Shown: one piece after another, positions 62,401 to 64,000 of the stretch
How the letters are laid out: every line of letters begins with the position of its first letter
Position numbering within the stretch: the stretch's first letter is position 1
Assembly (NCBI GenBank): GCA_964036045.1
Contig: OZ038378.1
Span: 3,968,001-4,032,000, forward strand
DNA from: Eutreptiella sp. 'Long Island Sound 2002'
Lineage: Eukaryota > Protista > Euglenida
Length of the DNA stretch: 64,000 nucleotides
Direction of reading: 5' to 3'
Made by a program: the position numbers and the translations under genes
The notes under the pieces: generated by a model
Database searches by the model: none
What the model saw: only the letters and a program-made list of their open reading frames with translations
What the model was told of the DNA's origin: nothing

Positions 62401-62948
62401 GATTTCCCTAATTGCCCGAGGCTGGCTGAAGCATGCCCCAGTGGTCAAGCGTTGTTTTGATGTCAGCTTTGTCTTCATGTGTATGTTCACCTAGGTATCT
62501 GCTGAACATTCAACCTGAAGACCGGCAGAAGACTCGCGATGACATTTTGAGTACAGATCGTTCCAAATTCAAGGAGTTTGCTGAATATTTGGAAGCAGTG
62601 AAGGAAAATGGCTCTGTGGTGGTATGTTTTCTATCTGTCATTGCAACCCAGATTTGAGTGTGGGTGGGCAGGCTGTGCTGTCAGCTTTTGAGGAGCTTGA
62701 AGTTGGACACAGCAGCCATGCTTGACCATAATTCATGGGAGGTCTGTGGTGGTGGTGCTCCAGCATGGGCAAAGACACGCCAAAGGCGTCAAATTGATTG
62801 AGGTTACTGGGTGGTCCCATCCCCCATCCCCCATGCATAAATGCGCACTCATGCATAAATGCAGGTGGTAGGATCCGATGGAGACGTGGATGCTGCCAAT
62901 AGCAACAGCTCTTTGAACATGACCAAGATCAACCCGCTTGCCAAATGA
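18745..62948 (+). CDS. PreP: plastid-targeted presequence protease (peptidase M16C, PreP/PITRM1 family), 28 exons, 1166 aa
   Basis: Hand-spliced exons give a continuous 3501-nt ORF with every intron GT-AG and phase-consistent. Motifs: [84 protein letters not shown]-terminal ~176-aa targeting presequence; the start codon is less certain. Confidence 0.93.
20170..20254 (+). CDS. PreP: PreP exon 2 ([27 protein letters not shown])
   Basis: CTCAG acceptor, AG|GT donor, phase 1-2; S/T/A/R-rich, transit-peptide-like. Confidence 0.7.
20561..20706 (+). CDS. PreP: PreP exon 3 ([32 protein letters not shown]...VTPT)
   Basis: GCAG acceptor, ACAG|GTAAAG donor, phase 2-1; transit-peptide-like. Confidence 0.65.
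21988..22182 (+). CDS. PreP: PreP exon 4 (second hydrophobic helix [19 protein letters not shown], then [11 protein letters not shown])
   Basis: CCGCAG acceptor, G|GTATGT donor, phase 1-1; joins exon 5 in frame. Confidence 0.8.
23295..26018. repeat. composite repeat block: 197-bp tandem x~3 (23841-24425), ~185-bp tandem x>=4 (24490-25870), outer perfect 17-bp inverted repeats
   Basis: GTTTAGTGACACCTGCAAG at 23844, 24041 and 24238. CAGGCCTTTGCTTAGTG at 23295 and CACTAAGCAAAGGCCTG ending at 26018. Contains the assembly gap. Confidence 0.8.
25376..25575. other. assembly gap (200 N) in PreP intron 4
   Basis: Run of N. Confidence 1.
26300..26470. repeat. (CCT)n microsatellite directly upstream of the exon 5 acceptor
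   Basis: Direct reading. Confidence 0.95.
26477..26602 (+). CDS. PreP: PreP exon 5 (PDAEIKKH...[26 protein letters not shown])
   Basis: AG/GT; start of the M16C mature domain. Confidence 0.9.
27600..27670. repeat. (CCCAAT)n hexamer repeat
   Basis: Direct reading, about 8 units plus degenerate edges. Confidence 0.9.
28091..28233 (+). CDS. PreP: PreP exon 6 (HILEH zinc-binding motif)
   Basis: [38 protein letters not shown]; AG/GT. Confidence 0.97.
28514..28675 (+). CDS. PreP: PreP exon 7
   Basis: [54 protein letters not shown]; AG/GT. Confidence 0.97.
29328..29417 (+). CDS. PreP: PreP exon 8
   Basis: [30 protein letters not shown] (includes the distal Zn-ligand Glu motif); AG/GT. Confidence 0.96.
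29892..29960 (+). CDS. PreP: PreP exon 9
   Basis: [23 protein letters not shown]; AG/GT. Confidence 0.93.
32468..32565 (+). CDS. PreP: PreP exon 10
   Basis: [33 protein letters not shown]; AG/GT. Confidence 0.96.
33300..34260 (-). pseudogene. possible decayed relative of the intron-16 LINE (RNase H region)
   Basis: Faint collinear resemblances GSAAVG / NEGEIVA / RHWI versus GSVVAVD / QEGEAMA / SHWI; multiple stops. Confidence 0.2.
34456..34528 (+). CDS. PreP: PreP exon 11
   Basis: [24 protein letters not shown]; AG/GT. Confidence 0.95.
34805..35041. repeat. compound (CA)n/(CACG)n/(CACACC)n microsatellite
   Basis: Direct reading. Confidence 0.97.
35045..35521 (-). pseudogene. antisense coding-like remnant with five ~45-bp (15-aa) acidic repeats
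   Basis: Minus frame reads [11 protein letters not shown] / [11 protein letters not shown] / [11 protein letters not shown] / [10 protein letters not shown] / [11 protein letters not shown], with one stop and one frameshift. Confidence 0.45.
35583..35735 (+). CDS. PreP: PreP exon 12
   Basis: [51 protein letters not shown]; AG/GT. Confidence 0.93.
36223..36463 (+). CDS. PreP: PreP exon 13
   Basis: [34 protein letters not shown]...TLNKIAEDG; AG/GT. Confidence 0.95.
37078..37195. repeat. 13-bp tandem repeat GGCTGCAGATTGT, degenerate
   Basis: Direct reading. Confidence 0.85.
38009..38211 (+). CDS. PreP: PreP exon 14
   Basis: [28 protein letters not shown]...ERLAAGED; AG/GT. Confidence 0.96.
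38883..38964 (+). CDS. PreP: PreP exon 15
   Basis: [28 protein letters not shown]; AG/GT. Confidence 0.95.
39713..40022 (+). repeat. ~290-bp dispersed repeat, copy 2
   Basis: Near-identical to 49-361; G-runs at both ends. Confidence 0.9.
40190..41550. mobile_element. foldback/MITE-like element with long inverted arms
   Basis: 40561-40675 is nearly the reverse complement of 41093-41205; 40263-40353 matches 41403-41495 inverted; a ~400-bp unique core lies between the arms. Confidence 0.75.
42167..42243 (+). CDS. PreP: PreP exon 16
   Basis: [25 protein letters not shown]; AG/GT. Confidence 0.92.
42356..42500. repeat. (GCTGT)n(GTTGT)n pentamer array at the LINE 3' end
   Basis: Direct reading. 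Confidence 0.97.
42501..46003 (-). mobile_element. 5'-truncated non-LTR retrotransposon (L1/Tx1-like) with RT, RNase H and CCHC knuckle
   Basis: RT motifs [17 protein letters not shown] (45693-45704), RYMG; L1/Tx1-like thumb [12 protein letters not shown]; RNase H VAVDAG..EGE..PDSE..H..VD (~43410-43790); CLLC-x8-H-x3-C (~43048-43098). One in-frame TAG at 45651-45653 separates the RT N-part from the 990-aa ORF 42669-45641. Confidence 0.9.
46004..46233. repeat. (GTTGT)n pentamer array at the LINE 5' truncation
   Basis: Direct reading; followed by degenerate pentamers to ~46410. Confidence 0.97.
47170..47310 (+). CDS. PreP: PreP exon 17
   Basis: [47 protein letters not shown]; AG/GT. Confidence 0.96.
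47671..47754 (+). CDS. PreP: PreP exon 18
   Basis: [28 protein letters not shown]; AG/GT. Confidence 0.95.
47775..47907. repeat. (TTG)n microsatellite
   Basis: Direct reading. Confidence 0.97.
49058..49156 (+). CDS. PreP: PreP exon 19
   Basis: [33 protein letters not shown]; AG/GT. Confidence 0.95.
50428..50494. repeat. (GT)n microsatellite
   Basis: Direct reading; another lies at ~51655-51728. Confidence 0.95.
52217..52325 (+). CDS. PreP: PreP exon 20
   Basis: [36 protein letters not shown]; AG/GT. Confidence 0.94.
52620..53015. mobile_element. possible ~400-bp MITE with degenerate ~35-bp TIRs
   Basis: CCAGGGGACAATGTCGTGGGGAAAATTTCG on the left versus CGAAAATTTCCCCGTCGAAGTTGTCCCCAGG on the right. 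Confidence 0.45.
53261..53358 (+). CDS. PreP: PreP exon 21
   Basis: [32 protein letters not shown]; AG/GT. Confidence 0.95.
53710..53841 (+). CDS. PreP: PreP exon 22
   Basis: [44 protein letters not shown]; AG/GT. Confidence 0.96.
54978..55223 (+). CDS. PreP: PreP exon 23
   Basis: [16 protein letters not shown]...[15 protein letters not shown]; AG/GT. Confidence 0.96.
55330..55800. repeat. dispersed G/C-tract-bounded repeat modules
   Basis: 55640-55720 resembles 5110-5190 (GGGTCATT(C/T)TGAG..GTATGTTGGGGTACC). Confidence 0.55.
56108..56222 (+). CDS. PreP: PreP exon 24
   Basis: [39 protein letters not shown]; AG/GT. Confidence 0.97.
56868..57096 (+). repeat. diverged, internally shorter copy of the ~290-bp dispersed repeat
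   Basis: GAAGGGAAGGACGGGTGACTGTCCAGGGCCCC...GAAATGTCACACAGGGGGGGGG matches copies 1 and 2. Confidence 0.8.
57543..57625 (+). CDS. PreP: PreP exon 25
   Basis: [27 protein letters not shown]; AG/GT. Confidence 0.96.
58941..59077 (+). CDS. PreP: PreP exon 26
   Basis: [46 protein letters not shown]; AG/GT. Confidence 0.97.
60244..60476. repeat. ~41-bp minisatellite, ~5.5 copies
   Basis: TTGGGGTGATGGACTCCCA..CTTCGGTGTGGCCCCTC units at 60271, 60312, 60354, 60394 and onward; no unique spacers. Confidence 0.9.
62495..62621 (+). CDS. PreP: PreP exon 27
   Basis: [42 protein letters not shown]; AG/GT. Confidence 0.95.
62865..62948 (+). CDS. PreP: PreP exon 28 (terminal)
   Basis: [27 protein letters not shown]; TGCAG acceptor, TGA stop. 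Confidence 0.9.
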   Translation: MVGSDGDVDAANSNSSLNMTKINPLAK

Positions 62949-64000
62949 TACGTGGCCTCTTGAGCTGGATTTTGATGTTGCCAAGATAACAGGATATCAC
63001 AGTAGTATGCAATCTGTCTTGTTGCTGTGGTTGGGTGTCATCAGATCTGCACCTGGCACATTGGTCCACAAGAAACTTCTTTGATTCCCCGTGTCCCCAT
63101 GTACTTTTTTACCCCAGCACCCTTGATTGATAGTGCATTCATTTGGTTCCGTAGTCCCAAGTGTTGAGTGCACTCACATATTGCTCTCCAGTGGGGGCTT
63201 TGTGTGGCTTTGGGCGACGCCAAACCCATGCATTAAACTGGCTCAGCCCCAAGTCAACTGTATATATGCCAGACGGGTATAGTGAAGATTCTCCTGCAGA
63301 CAAAGCTCTGTGCAAATTATTGTCCATCAGGTCATTTTCACTGTGCATTCCACATCCATCAAAGGGATGGAGGTCTGTCAAAGGCCCAGGACTGATGCAA
63401 TGCCCTCAGCCTTCATGCTATCCACCTGCAACGAGCGGATACGCGCCGTTGGTCATTAGCAAGCTGCTGAAAGCTTACCAGTGAGGCTGGAGGTTGGGAA
63501 TGTAGCCGAGCAGTCAGAACAGCGTTTGGTGGTGGCTGTCAAATTGCATGCTACAAATGCCTGCAGTGCAAGGTTCAGGACCCAAGACAAGGGCTGTTGC
63601 CCAACACGCATCGGTTTGTCAGATCTGCTTGCCAGCCCTCTGCCAGAAACACCGTGTTCGTTATCATGACGTGGTGTTGGCGTGTTGTGGCCCTGATGCA
63701 CATGTCAAGTGTGTGTGCTGCTGAGCTGGACAAACATCTTTGGTTTGTTGTTTTGTTTTCTGTCTTGTGCATCAGCTGTTTGGGTTTTGCCCTTTAGTGG
63801 CTGCTCGCCGCTGCTGTGCATTTTTGCAAGGGTCAGCTGGCTGCTGTCTACTCTGCTTCATCGTGGGGCAAGTGAGTATTGAGTAAATTTATTTCCTCCG
63901 AAGACATGATTATCCAATCCTTGATTTGTGCGGATTAGGGATTTGTTGACCCAGTTCACATGAATGTTGGCCTGTCAATGTGATTCAAAGGCTGTCCAAG

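Noticed and set aside
63139-63381. Possible exon of a downstream minus-strand gene
   Set aside because: Short ORF with no recognisable motif or convincing splice sites.

Overview
Repeat-rich eukaryotic nuclear DNA, most likely from a photosynthetic euglenid (Eutreptiella/Euglena-like). That assignment is inferred from a class-I three-part plastid-targeting presequence. The main feature is one complete + strand gene, 18745-62948, for a plastid-targeted presequence protease (PreP, peptidase M16C, HILEH motif). I reconstructed it by hand as 28 exons and 27 GT-AG introns, 3501 nt, 1166 aa, with all intron phases consistent. The last exons of an unidentified upstream gene lie at about 1.0-6.0 kb. 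Introns and intergenic DNA are a mosaic of G/C homopolymers, microsatellites, minisatellites, hAT-type elements, a foldback element and retroelement remnants. The most interesting signals are: (i) a young, 5'-truncated L1/Tx1-like LINE with an RNase H domain, sitting inside a (GTTGT)n pentamer array in PreP intron 16; (ii) a GC-rich element at about 6.6-9.1 kb that abuts a (GTGGT)n array and carries a near-canonical, circularly permuted twister-ribozyme-like motif, a densely hairpinned 230-nt segment and a 94-bp minisatellite. Together these may represent a microsatellite-targeting, ribozyme-headed retrotransposon family; this link is a hypothesis. There is a 200-N assembly gap at 25376-25575. 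No rRNA, tRNA or CRISPR array is supported.
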